From NCBI GenBank assembly GCA_013265495.1, contig MU057416.1, positions 614,545 through 678,544 of the forward strand: a stretch of 64,000 bases of DNA. Reading direction: 5' to 3'. This DNA comes from Vicugna vicugna (lineage: Eukaryota). Below, piece by piece: positions 12,431 through 24,877 of this stretch (its first letter is position 1; every line of letters begins with the position of its first letter). The position numbers and the translations under genes are program-made. The notes under the pieces are model-generated. The model worked only from the letters and a program-made list of their open reading frames with translations, was not told where the DNA came from and ran no database searches.

Positions 12431-12599
12431 TTGGGGTATACTGAGGAGTCAGTTACTGACACCAACTCAAATTAATGAACATCTTCCCACTAGAACTTGT
12501 AGGTGAAAACACATAAAACCCTTGGCTGGTACTACCTTTGTATTTCTTGCAAAGTCTCTGGCTTTCATTGAATGAGCAAGTGAAAGAATAAATGAAGAC

Positions 12600-13310
12600 T
12601 AAATGATTGGGTGGCAGGCATAGAGGGAAGAGAAACAAAGGGGAATAGAAAGAAAGGCAAACTGGAGAGGAAAATGAAGGGAGATCCCACGTGGAAATTT
12701 CTGAACTGACCGCGGGGTGAGGAAAGGGATGGGGCTGGATACCGCTGTCCTCAAACATCCAGTGAAATGACCCTTGTACAGTCGCACTGATGGTTCAGTC
12801 GTGCATCAGAGTAATAACCACTGTACAGTGAAGGGTGCAGTGAGTAGTCCCAGTGTTCCGGTATCTCTGTGTCAGGCACGTATCTGTGAGATATTGTAAA
12901 GCAAGTCATCACCCAAATTACAAGTCCTTCTCACTAATGCTGTTATGTATATATCCACATGCCAATTATATGTCTATACATATAAACAATTGGAGGAGAA
13001 TGATTGAATTTAATAAAAGGACCAGACATTTTTACAATAGGTCAAAGTCCTTAGAGAAGAAATATAAAATATAGACTCTAAGGCAATAGGGAAAAAAAAT
13101 CTAGGGAAAAAAATCCCCTTTAGTTAATTTTGTCATTAGGAAAGACATTCTGAATGTGGAAGCATTTCTGAAGCTGATAATAGCAGTGGAATAAGTATCC
13201 TCGATCCACTTTGTGGAGCACGTGGCTAAGGAACAAAGCTACCTACACAGCGTGGGAAATTGTCTTCTGCCTTCTAACTTAAATTCATCTAATGACTTGC
13301 CTGGACTGGA
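12600..13310 (+). mobile_element. CR1/L3 LINE remnant, block A (RT core, C-terminal half)
   Basis: DWVAGIE..KGN (12605-12646)~DRVT.LVD.GN, GLD (12732-12740), SVSGTYL*DI (12866-12895)~SVLGPVLFNI, W..MIEFNK...KYKI (12991-13071)~W..N.MKFNK...KYRM, KKNLG (13092-13106)~EKDLG, HLMTCLDW (13286-13309)~HLEYCVQFW. Confidence 0.55.
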
Positions 13311-13324
13311 CAGCTATTTTTTTT

Positions 13325-13990
13325 TTAGGCTTTCCTCCTCGTGTCTTATTCAGCATGCATTCTGAGGACAGCTGGAGGAGCCTATAATGAGTTACATTAA
13401 TAACTGAAGATGGAGAATGATGGGCATTCTGAAGGGGTGGGGGAGGTAAAAACAGAACATGCAGATGTTTGTGTACGACCAGGAGTGAATCAGTAATGAG
13501 TGTGGCATAGCTAAGACCAGAGATGAAGATATGGTGAAAAGGATGCCTGTGGATGTGACTCTGAGCACCATGGCAACATCTGCTATCCTGGAATGCCGCT
13601 GCCTTGAAGCCACACAGCACAGCAATTCAGTTACTCCACCTGGGGAAGAATGCGAGGAAAAACTCACTTCAGCTGACTCTTGGGTTTTTTTTTTTTTTTT
13701 TAACCTCTGGGAGAATTTTGGTCAGTGGGAAGCTGTTTTTATATAAAAAGTCAGGCAATCTAGAAGAAGCCAATGTTACATTATATAAGAGGCAGACCAG
13801 AAAGTAAAAGAATCTGAAAGGAAAATTAATTTAATTTTCCATGGAAATTGGGGTGGGGATTCATAGAGTAAGAATTTTCACATAGGCTTTCTATCAGTCA
13901 ATATTTAACAAGGAAATGATGATCTCTTGTAAGTGATATAAAAAAGTAAACAAAAATAAGACTTTTATAAAATTATCTTGTAAAAGATTT
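13325..13990 (+). mobile_element. CR1/L3 LINE remnant, block B (tether to start of RT)
   Basis: LITEDGE (13397-13417)~LLNEDG, KTE~KAE, DEDMVKR (13522-13542)~DEEIVRE, EEANVTLYKR (13763-13792)~KKANVTPIFKK, KEMMIS...KNKT (13910-13963)~KEAVIT...KNKS. Confidence 0.55.
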
Positions 13991-14429
13991 CCGCCAGTAT
14001 ACCTTCATAAGGCATGCTATTTTCTATTCATTTTTATATTTTGTTTTATTAATGTGTCTGTTTTCTATCATCTATTTATACCCTCAACTCCAATATTACC
14101 TGTCTTAATTTTATCTACTCTACCTAAATTTGTATTCCTTGCCATTCTATATTTTTTACTCCCTGGCATTTCTTGGTTCAGTAAGATACTACCTATGTCA
14201 AGGCAAAGGTCTTTTCATGCTCATTTAAACCTCACAGACCAGAGGTGAGAGAGTTGGAAGCAGATAAATGCTGATTTAAACATAACTCTCCATGAGTAGA
14301 GCATCAGGCTACCATGTAGATTTTACCAGAATGGGTTTTCAGTTGTGCTTTTAGGCCTTTTGCAGAGATAAAGGGTCAGAGAAAGTGTCGTGCGGGGCAT
14401 AAGTGCTTGTGTACCCAGGAAGCGCGCGC

Positions 14430-16505
14430 CGTGAGTGTGCGGTGGAGGCGGGAGGGCTGTGCTGGGTTTCTGTCTCTCCCTGAGTCAGCCACTGATTCCG
14501 TCCACTGCAGATGCAGAAGAGTGCATGTCTAATGGAAAAGCTCGATGGATATGCCTTTGTTCTGGTTCATTAAGGAGAGTAAGTAATGCTCTGAGGCCGA
14601 AGAGAAAAGAACCCAAGAGGAGACCCAAGAAGAAATGCATTCTCAGCGACTGGAGAGCGCGTAAGAGGACGTGACTCGCAGGGAAAGAGGAGACGCTGGG
14701 GCGCTGGAGCAGGTCCACAGGCGCGCCTGTGAGCTGGGGCTTGGGGCTTCCTGGAGAAGCGTCACCGCGCCCACTGGGGCCGACGGACCCTCGCCTGTCC
14801 TGCACAGCACGTGCGGTCGTTCTCAGATGAGCCTCCTCTGGCACCCCTGCCCTGAGCAAAGACAGCCTGCGACGCGCACTTGCCACCTGGCTGCCTCTCA
14901 CCCCACTTCCCTTAACAGCTCTGCCGGACTCCCTGGACCGGGACCACGTTCTCGTTGCGCTCCAGCTGTTCATCCCAAAGTGCCAGCGTCTCACACTCTA
15001 ACGAGTGGGAAGAGGACTGCCCCTTCCCCAAAGTGAGGACAGGCCATGATGACTCAGTGACGACACAGGATGTGTCACAACTCAGTGGACATTACTTCCA
15101 AAGAGGTGCATCCAGCAGACTGATTTCTGCCCGCCTCTGCTGTGCCGCATCGGGGATGGATGGTGAGCAAATCTGAAACGTGTATCTGAAGACATGGACA
15201 CTTTTGTAGGGAAGGGAAGTGAGTGGCTGCCGACACACATGGTGTGGCAGAGCTGGATGTAACTTTCACACATACCATAAAAATGCTGTAAGCATAGACT
15301 TTTGGCAGAAGGGGCATTTGTGTGTCCCAGGAAGCCTGCAGGAATGCGTTTGACAGATCCTTTGATGTGCTGGCTTGATCAGGGGGTGTTTAAGATGCAT
15401 TTAGGTGTGGAGCATCACGATAACCAGATAAGAATGCAAATCTGGACAATAAGGAAAGCTGTAGAAAAAAGCGATCTGGTGAGGAAGAGACTCAGGGACT
15501 TCTGATGAGAATTAAAAAGACGAAAGTTGGGAAACAAATGTTATCACAGGTCTGCAGACAAATATACTTGGGTCAGATAACAAAGTAAACAACAAAGGGA
15601 AGGAAGTGAACCTCCTTAGAGGCCATTGGAAAGGTGTAATTTAGAATTTTTTTTCTGGTTTACTCTTTTTTTTTAATTGAAATTTGATTAAAATAGACTC
15701 AAGACTGGAATCCACCGGTAAGGAGATATGCAATGTTTAAAAATGAAAGTATCTTTAATAAAAGAGAAGAAAATTTTATTTATATAAATAAATAGCCATA
15801 AAATTAAATATAGGAGCATGGTGAAGATGGTTTGTTTATGGATAAGAATAGGAAGAACCAGAGGTATTCTCCTGAGGAAGTGAACCACCCTACACCTGGC
15901 AGCATCGGAGGGCTGCACGAGGGTTTATGCTGTAAACCACAGCCTGGGCACGGAAGGACATAGTGTGAGGTGGCTTCACGAACTGACCAAAAACAACTGG
16001 TTTAGAGATGGTGGATCCAAGATTGAGTTTTCCTATGCTTCTTTCAGAAAATACTTGAAAACAACTTGGAAAGCAACATCATCTGTAATGAAATTAGAGA
16101 TACTTGCAATATCAAAATACAGAATGTAAAATAGATGGAAGAAAAGGGCCATCAGACTTACTAAAAGGCAAACAGAAGTGCAGGGAAATCCGAGAGGGTG
16201 CAGGTGTTTCCCATCCCAGGTAAGGCTGGTAAGACTCGGATCCTTCAAGTAAGAGGCGTAGACCGAGGGCCACCACCATTTTTTTTTAAGCAGGGTAATT
16301 GTGTGCAGAGACTGCTGGTGGCCTTTCTCCTGGATCTAGTTGGCATGACAAAGAAGCTGGTGGGTGGAGGGGCCTTGGGGACAAAACACAGCTGTCCTGT
16401 GTGTAGAAGCCCTCTGGAAAGGAGAGGAGAAGCTGTGAGAATCTGCAGTGGGAGCAGCTCCAGGCAACGCTGGCTGAGACAAGAAAGCCTCAGAGAGCTT
16501 CTTGC
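14430..16505 (+). mobile_element. CR1/L3 LINE remnant, block C (ORF1 Cys-rich region and esterase; ORF2 APE endonuclease)
   Basis: ORF1: EGCAGFLSLPESATDSVHCRCRRVHV (14452-14529)~TGCAMFVFLPQDRSDFVCTKCKLVSI, GHYFQRG (15087-15107)~GDSLLRG, GEQI*NV (15162-15182)~GAKIRDV, WLDQGVFKMHLGVEHH (15371-15418)~WLRRWCRREGFGFLDH. ORF2: LQTNILGSDNK (15552-15584)~LYTNARSLGNK, QDWN~HDWN, RKDIV*GGF~RQDIVVMGDF, KTRILQVRGVD (16231-16263)~TRTLDFRRAD, WLRQESLREL (16471-16500)~WLNRELLGEL. Confidence 0.7.
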
Positions 16506-16569
16506 CCTTGCAGGAAGACCCACTTCCCAAATAACTGATAATCTAAAAGGAGCAGCTAACGATCTATTA

Positions 16570-18560
16570 ACAATCTATGCCCAGTGACTAAAGAGTAAAG
16601 GAAGAGACCATGGTATAAAATAGAGGTGACAACAAATAAAATTTTTAAAAAATAGAAAAAGAATGAAGGGCTTGTCCTTTTTGCAAAACAAGAAGAGACA
16701 CAGGAGCGCAAAGAAGATGTGGTAAAAATAACAGAGCTGGAAGGGCTCAGAAAGATGTGGAATATAAAACAGTCTACCGCAGAACTGAAGACCGCGGAGA
16801 AGGCAACACAGCAGAGCATAAACCTGGGTGAAAACACAGTTACACATGCGGACAGCAGTGGTGGCAGCAGGCAAGACACAGGGAGCCGTGCGTCTGAAAT
16901 GTGGTTCCAGAGAGTACACACATGCGCGGTGCTGCCAAAGCCAGCCCCGCATCTGCAAGGCTGGTGCTCCCAAGGAGAAACCCGATGTGGTGGGTAAGAG
17001 ACACACACAGTTCAGAGACATCTTCCAGAGGTGGAAGGGCCACCACGTCAGAGGGGAACGGACACAGAAGGAGCAGCACATTCTAGTGAAGACACTGAAC
17101 TTCAGAACCAAAGAGTTCTTTCAACATCAGGACAAAAGGATGACATCATCTTAAGGGGAAATAGTCCAGGTGGGCCTCACGTTCTTCCAGAGCAATAACT
17201 GATGCCGGAGGGCAGTGGAGATGACCGGTGGGATAAAATTAGAATTCCAAATCAACAACAGTGAAATAGTGCGGGCAAACAAATTAAAGTCAACGGAACA
17301 TGCAAAGATTATATACATATATATATACACACACACACACATATACAGACGTATATTATGTAAGTTACGTATACAACTTAAATACAGCACCTTAATAATT
17401 TATAGTTTTATGCATATATCTTTATGTACATGTTATATATAATCGAGTATAAAATATGATGAATGAATAAAAAGACTAAAGTAGGTCACATCAAAGCAAA
17501 TGGACTGAACTGCACTTTTGAGAGTGAAGGAGTCTCCTTATTAGCTTCTAAAGCCAAACCCAAGCTATGTGCCGTGTGCGTGTGCTCCACCTGAAAGGTA
17601 AGTCCAGAAGGCTGGGAAATGAAAGGGCAGGGAAACACAGCAGGCAGGTGCACACAGAAGGAAAACAGGGCCATGGACTTTCTGACAGCCAAGGTCAGAA
17701 TGTAACCAAACAGAAGGGCACTTTCCAGTGGAGACCATCAGTTATGTATTTACATTTATATTTGTATTTCTAACAGTATGATAAATATCAACCTAAACAT
17801 TAAATACTACAGCACCCACATTAATAAAACAAGAATTATAGGAAAAACGAGTTAGAATGGAGAAACTTCAGTCCACTTTTCCGAGCCCATAAAGAACAAG
17901 GAGACAGAAAGAAGATAATGGAGACAGTAGCTAACTAACCATTTTTAAGTCTTCTCTGCACCAACCACGAATTTAAGTGCATGATGATGTGTTAATGGAT
18001 TTAATTATCTTAAGATTAAATCTTAATGAGGTAAGAACTCTCATCACAAGCAGTTTAAAGATGAGGAAAATTAGATACCGAGAAGTCAGATGTCATATTT
18101 AAGGTAATAACGCTAGTAAGTAGGAAAGCTGGAAACCTGAACTTGAGCAGTTGCCTCCACAGCTGCCTCTTTAACACTGTCTGTCCCATGGGGAAGAGGT
18201 AAGGGAAGTGGTAATTTTGTAGATCTATTTGCTATGTATCAGATGCTTTGCCTGCAGTACTTTCTTTGCAAATGCACATTTGTCACAAATATTGAACACT
18301 TACTACTAGGTCACAAAGAAAATCTCAAAACATTCCCATACGTAGACACAGTGCAGATAAAATTCTGACCACAATGCAGTAAATCTCAAAATTATATTCA
18401 GCTATTTTAAAAAAATAGAAATATTTAAAAATAACATTCTCTGACATAACTTTTTAGATGCAGAAGAAATCAAAATCAAAATGAAATTTGCAAAGAATGC
18501 TGGTGAAGAAGCTCGCTTAGCAGAACGTGTGTGGCACATTTAAATCAGTACCCGAGGAAA
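16570..18560 (+). mobile_element. Old L1 (L1M/HAL1-like) ORF1 and endonuclease remnants
   Basis: QHILVKTLNFRTKE (ORF 16828-17154)~L1 ORF1 RHILVKLLNFKDKE. Endonuclease-like 'aattctgaccacaatgcagtaaa' (SDHNA) near 18361. Interrupted by a TA/CA-rich tract (17310-17450) and a MIR. Confidence 0.65.
18020..18180 (-). mobile_element. MIR SINE
   Basis: 'tttaaagatgaggaaaattagataccgagaagtcagatg...aaggtaataacgctagtaagtagg', the reverse MIR core. Confidence 0.7.
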
Positions 18561-18699
18561 AGTCCCTGCCCCTTTATCTGAAGCTAACTTTTTAACGTGT
18601 GCCCTGGGTCGAGCATATGCCCCTCGCATTCTCAGAAATAATCCGCCGCCGATTACCCCTTGTCTCTGCTGTATCAAGCCCACCTTGCCCACAAGCCTT

Positions 18700-19930
18700 C
18701 TTCTCATTGGCTTTTAAATATGGCCAAGGTGTTCCCATTGGAGTTGACTTCTCATCCCCTTTGGCTCCTTTCCCCCTTTTCCCAGCCAGCCATCCTGAGA
18801 GAGTTGAGTGTATTTGCCTCCTAGTTTGCTGTTCCTCAGCCCACGGGAATCTGGTTTCCAGCGTTGATCTACCCTGAAGCAGCTCTCGCATGTTCCACCC
18901 TGAAGCAGCCCTACCGCCGTCTCCATGTTGCTAAAGGAACGTTTTTCCATCTTCCTTGTTTCTCAGTCGGGAGAATGCCGGTGGCCCTTCCTCCCTTGTG
19001 AAAGCGTGCTCTGCCCTGGTCCCTGGCGCAGCCTCTCATGTCTTTCTGCCTCTCTGGTCCCTCCTCCAGGTCTTTTGGAAACTCCTCCTCTCATCCCCTG
19101 TTGTCTCTGGGCCTGGACCTCCTCCTTCCCAGCTTCTGGTCTTTCCTGAGCTTCTGAGCTGTTCTGCTCTACAGCCTCTCCCTGGACAATCCAACCACGT
19201 TCATAACCTTAGTTGCCACCTTTATGCAGCTAGTTCACTTTTTTCTATTGCTAGCCCAGAAGTCATCATCTTAGGCATTCGAGCTGCCATAGACAGGACG
19301 GCTCGTAAACAACAGAACCTTAGTTTTTACGGTTCTCTAGGCGGGGAAGTCCAGGACCAAGGCGCCAGCAGCTTTGGAGTCTGGTGAGCGCCCCCTTCCT
19401 GGTCCTTAGGCAGCTGCGCTTTTGCAGTGTCCTCACGTGGCCTGGGGAAGGGACCAGGGAGCTTTCTGGGATCTCTTTTACAAGGAGGCTGATCCCATTC
19501 ATGTGGGCTCTGCCGCTGTGACCTCATCACCTCCCAAGGGACCCACCTCCAAATGCCATCAAACTGAGGATTAGGATGTTAACATATGAATTTAGGGGGG
19601 ACAGAAATACTCCGTCTCTTAACAGTCACTGAGTTTCAGATGTGTACACAACATTGTCTAACTTCAGTGAGAGCTCAGATTGCATGCGTCCGAAACCGAA
19701 ATGACGGTCTCCTCCTAGTCTGTCCTCTTCTGCTACCTTGGGGAAGGACACTTCCAGCGACTCAACTGGTTTCTCAAGCCAGAGCTCAGAAGCCGTCCTG
19801 AACGGCTCCCTCCCCCATTCCTTCCTGCGTTTATTGCAAAACTCTGCCGATTTCTTTCCCTCGCTACACTTGACATCTCTCCAGTTTTTCACAATTGCTG
19901 ATCTAGTTCAAGCTTAACTTGTTATAAAGC
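18700..19930 (+). mobile_element. L2 fragment interrupted by an MLT1A LTR
   Basis: Pyrimidine-rich L2-like sequence on both sides of the LTR ('cttagttgccacctttatgcagctagttcac' ... 'aagccagagctcagaagccgtcctgaacggctccctccccc'). Confidence 0.55.
19267..19624 (-). mobile_element. MaLR solo LTR (MLT1A-like)
   Basis: Typical MLT1A motifs. 5-bp TSD gtcat (19262-19266) / gtcac (19625-19629). Confidence 0.88.
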
Positions 19931-20625
19931 CCTTAACATGTATTACTAAACTCGGGGTAATAATAATGACGTAAAATATGCAAACTATGAAATAAAATAA
20001 CACATGAAATCAATGCCGTTTGCTTAATCTCAGGGGAAAAAAAAACTCTCTAGTAGCGATCAGTCCAAGTGCAGCTCATGGGGGTAAATGAACTCGAACC
20101 AAAGGCATCTCAGAGCACACTAGGTAGTGAAAACAAATGGGCTATAATTTACTAGAAAACTGAGCGTTGATACAGGGTTTAGTCTGGTGTTCGGTACCTT
20201 GTACAAACTTTCCTGCTACCTCGTTGGAGGTGGGATTTGGGAACTCACTTGGAAGGAGGAGTAGGGACTAGACGGTATCGGTGAGGCTCAAATATGTCTC
20301 CCTCAATTGCAGAGCAATTTATGGCTGTGCTCAGTTGTCATCTCAAGAAGTGAATGTATCCTGAACGTAAGTAGAGGAAATAATTTCCCAAGAAAGCTCC
20401 GCAGGCAACAAAATCCCTTTCTGGGTAGATGGCGTCCTTTAGTAACAGGGAGGCGGCACAGACTTCACACGCTCTGGCTTCAAAGTTCTGCTCTTAACCG
20501 GGCGCTCCAGTTTCCTACCTGCCATTCAAAATAAAAACGTGTGAACCAGAGGCAAGGACCGACCGTGAGGCAGAGAAGAGTGGCATCACCTAGTGAACGC
20601 CCCGTGCAGGAGAGGAAGGGACTGA

Positions 20626-20676
20626 GTCCTTGGCACGTGTGAGACGTGTCCTTGGCACGTGCGAGACGTGTCCTTG
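20626..20676. repeat. 22-bp tandem repeat, 2.3 copies
   Basis: gtccttggcacgtg(t/c)gagacgt x2 followed by gtccttg. Confidence 0.9.
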
Positions 20677-21629
20677 TCCTCAGAGAATGGATCCTTTTAG
20701 TAACAGTCAGGATGGGCTGCTTCAGGAAAAACCACCCCCCGGGCTCCGAGACTTAACAAGCAATTATTTCTTATTTCTCGTGATCACTCCGCGTGTCCAG
20801 TGTCATCCTCTCTCGGAGACTCGGGCTGTGCAAGCCTCAATCACTATGTTTTCATCCCTGCTGATGCACGAATAAAAAGGAGGATGACAAATAGCATCCT
20901 GGATCTTGAAGCGTCTTCCCAGAAATGACAGAGATTATGTCTACTAATACTGCAAAGCAAGGGACGGGGAAGGAGGGGAGAAAGGCACGTGTGGTGAACA
21001 AAACCGCTGGGACAGTAACGGGCCCTCCAGCTTGACAGAGCGTCGGGGTCGTGAATCCGCACGCTGGGGCAACACTTGGCGCAGGCTGGGCAGGGCTGGC
21101 GTTCGCCCTGGGGATAGTCCCGGGCGCTTCTCTGGGCTCTGGCTGCCCCGAGCATCAGGACCTGCTGCAGAGAAGATGGAGTCAGTGTGGCAGTAATCTG
21201 AGCTGCAGTTTGAAAGCCGCTTGGTATCCATGAAGTTAGGGCAATGGGAATTAAGTGGTTCTGATAGCTCATGCCCTCCGATGGAGGTAACTTACAGCAT
21301 CTGTTTCCACATTACGTGTTGCCAGGGACGTGACAAGTTAAAACTCCGGCCTTGTCGCCCGGGAGAGTGTGTGACTGGGACTTCTAAGCTTGGTTTTTGT
21401 GATTGCCTTTCTTCTACATCCAGTGTCTGGCCAAACTAATTCAGATCAATGCATTTCTTAGACACAGCACCTCACTCAGTCAGGTCGTGGTGTAGTGTGG
21501 CGTACCTGGGGGTCTTTATGTTTTTCTAAAACGACTGCATGTTTTTCTGCTCTAGTCTGTGTACTTGACTCTAAACTCTGTCTCGGGATTCAATCCTATG
21601 TTCCTTTTCCAGAGTATTGAGGGGCGCCA

Positions 21630-23110
21630 CGTGATGATCTCCAATTCTTCTTTCTCTTTCTGGCGACTTCTCTCCCTCTCCTGTTATGCTCATCAGTATG
21701 CAAGCATGCCGCCATTTCTCCCATCTTGAAAAAACCTCCCTTGCTTCCACGTCCCCTTCCACCTGCTGCCCCACTTTCAACTCCTCATCACAGCAAACAT
21801 CTGTATTCCCCGCCTCCAGTTCCTCGCATCCTGACTCTCCTGGATCCGAGTGTAATTGGGGTTCCATCTCGTCCGACAGTGCCCGACGTTGAGTGCCTCC
21901 GGCGGGCAGCCCTGTGTCCGCGTCTGCCGCGGCTGGCCAGCCGCCGTCGACCGTGGGTCTTCCTGCACGTCGTGAAGCGCTGTGTGCGCCCGGCTCTCAG
22001 GACACCCCTTCCTTAGCTCTTGTCCTGGCTCACTGACCACTTTTCTCCCAGCTAGCTCTTCGGCAGCTCCCTGATGTTTCCACGGGGGAGTTCCAGCCCC
22101 AGGTTCCAGTCCCCCAGTCACTGTCTACCCTCGGTCCAGGCCATCTCATCAGATCCTGTGTACCACAGTGTCATCTGTGTGGCGATAATGACCGAACTTA
22201 GATCTCATCCTGAAACCCCTCCCCTAAACTGCAGACTCATGCTTCCAGCTGTTACTCGGCTTCTCCTGTTGACCGTCTGACTAGGAAGCTCAGACTCAAG
22301 CCGCTCGAAGCCAGTCTTCCCGTCACCGCAGAGCCTCGTCCTCCCGGAGGGCCCTAGCCGTCCAGCTGCTCGGCGGGGGTCAGCACCCGTCCTCATTTTC
22401 TCACAAAACCTGCGTTCAGTATGTCCTGAAATCCTGAGGCTCTATTTTCCAAGTGTATCCAGAATTAAACCTCTTCTCACCATCAAAGCTGTTACCTTGG
22501 TTCCATCTGTTATTTTATGCCAGAATTATCATTGGCCTTGTAATTAGATTCTCTCCTCCCCCTGCCCCAGACCCATCCATTCTCAACGTTGAAGCCAGAG
22601 AGAGCCGATTTGGAAGGTCCTTCGGAGCGTGTTAATCTTCTGCTGAAGCCCTTCACTGGCTCACTGCAAAATCGCAAGCCCGCACAGCGGTCTGCAGTCT
22701 GGGCTCCCCCCAAGGTTCCCCTCTCCACGCCAGCCTGTGCCCTTCTGCTCCACGCCCAGGCCACGCGGCCTCAGGGGCCTGGGGCCTTGGCTCTCCCGGT
22801 TCTCTTTTCCTAGAGTGCGCTTTCCTCTCAGAGCCCACGGCACACTCTCCCACCTCCTCCAAGGCTCTGCTCAGATTGGCCTCCCGTGAAGTCTTCCTAA
22901 GAGCCTCCCATGAGAGAGGAACCCTCCCTGCTACTGTTTCCACGCCCCGTACTTCTCATCCTGATCGTCGTTCACCTAGAGTGACGTCCTGTATTTCCAC
23001 TTGCTTGTCTATTAGCTTTTTACTCAACTGCGAACTCCACGGGAACAGACGTATCTGTGGCCAGCTCATAAAACAGCCCCCGATGCTTAAGAGCTATTTA
23101 CCAAATGAGT
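21630..23110 (+). mobile_element. L2 LINE fragment (3' part)
   Basis: Long pyrimidine-rich L2-like tract ending 'aactccacgggaacagacg...atgcttaagagctatttaccaaatgag'. Confidence 0.65.
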
Positions 23111-23968
23111 AGATGGAATACTGAAGACGCAGCAGTCAGGGCGGGGCCGCGTCTGTGATCAGTAATCCCCAGGAGCTGCCCTGGTCGCTGTCTCCTCCTC
23201 TGTTCCCTTGGGCTCAAGGAATCTTTCTTGCAACTTACTCTCATCACAGACGGAGCGGTCCTGTTACACACGGGGGGCTGTGGGTCCCAGTGCCCCACGG
23301 GCATGTGTCCCAGGATCAGGATCTGGCTGCATGCAGCTCTGGAGCCTTGTGCCTGCCCAGCCACCTCACTCTTTGTCGGGAGTGCCCCCAAGCCTGCCTC
23401 GTTCTGGGGGTCGACAGGTTTGCTGACGGGACCAGTGGCAAATGAAGCTTTCCCGGATCACCAAATTCACAGGACAGCGCTTCCCTCTCCTATGGATTAG
23501 GGCCAACACAAACCATGCACCGGGGGCCCAGCCTTCTCAGCCTTAGCCTATGAGGGTCAGGAAGCAACACTCAAGACTCAGCTGTGTGCTCGGTTGTGTG
23601 GCCTCGGACAGCCTAAAGGAGCCTGCAGAAGCAGCGTTTCACACATGCGAAAATAATTCATTTGGACTGTTATGAAAGTATTAACCTAATTCTTAGGAGC
23701 TGGGGAGGTACCCAGCTGTTGCTTGACAGTCTGTCACCTCACAAGGGGGGCCTCATTATCACAGAGAATTTTGCTCTGCTCTTTAAAGAAATCGGGCCAC
23801 ATCCTCTCTAAGGGGGCTGTCCTGGCTCACCTCTGTGTCCTTGTGCAGCCCCAGACTACAGTATTCATCTCCCTGAACCTCAGGGGTTGGGCTCATGGGG
23901 AGCACGCCCTGCCCGCCCCATCTGATTTGTATGCCTTGTAGTTAAAGCGTTCCACCTTTCTGTGTGCT

Positions 23969-24392
23969 TGTTATGGGTTGACTGTGTCCCTTCCAAAAGA
24001 TGTTCGTGTCCTGACCCAGCCTGTGAATGTGACCTTATTTAGAAATAGAATCTTTACAGATGATCAAGGGGTTGTGGGGGGCCTAATCCAATAAGACTGG
24101 TGACCTTATAAAAAGTGGAAATTTGGGACCAGAGACAGAGCTGCACGCAGAGGGAACACCACATGCACATGAAGGCAGAGGTTGGGGAGACTGGGGAGGT
24201 GCATTTATAAGCCAAGAAATGCCGAACATTGCCAGGAAACCACCAGCTGCAAGAAGAGAGGCATCGAACAGATTCTGCCTCACGGCTTCAGGAGGAACCA
24301 ACCCTGCTGACACCTTGATCTTGGACTTCCACTCCTCAGAATTGTCAGATGGTGAATTTCTGTTATTGAAGCCACTCAGTGAAACTAACATA
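23969..24392 (+). mobile_element. MaLR solo LTR (MLT1C-like)
   Basis: 'tgttatgggttgactgtgtccc...gtgaatgtgaccttattt...caagaagagaggcatcgaacagattct...gaaactaacata'. Confidence 0.9.
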
Positions 24393-24877
24393 GCACTGCA
24401 AATACATTTCTCCCCTAAACTGTAAGGCCTGGAACATTCGTTTGCTGGAGTTGGTTTTCTAAGACCATTGAAACCTCACCTAATTTCAGTTAATCTTGCT
24501 TTGAATTCTTACATTTTTTTCCTTCGGAGACCACATTTTCCTCAGTCTGAGATCTGACAATAGTACTATTTCAATAAATACAGAGAAATTCTTCCTAAAA
24601 AATTCTTTGATACCTAATTTTTGGAAATAACTGTGACAAAAATAAAAAATATCAGCAATGTGAAAAATTGAAATGATACTGGTAAAAGTCAACTGTGCAC
24701 AAACATTTGAGACTACATTAAAAAATGCATTTAGCTATGGTCTTTCAGAGTGCCTGATCCCATTGGAACTGGCTGGAAAATCAATGGATTGCATTAAACA
24801 TATAGTAATATAAACAGTATTCTCCAGATCATTTAGATAATGCTGAAAAAATTCTCTTCAAATAGAAATATTCTCTT

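Noticed and set aside
14485..14994. 169-aa minus-strand ORF with a hydrophobic segment (MHFFLGLLLGSFLFGL)
   Set aside because: It lies antisense to the purine-rich CR1 ORF1 relic, which explains the hydrophobic run. No known protein recognised.
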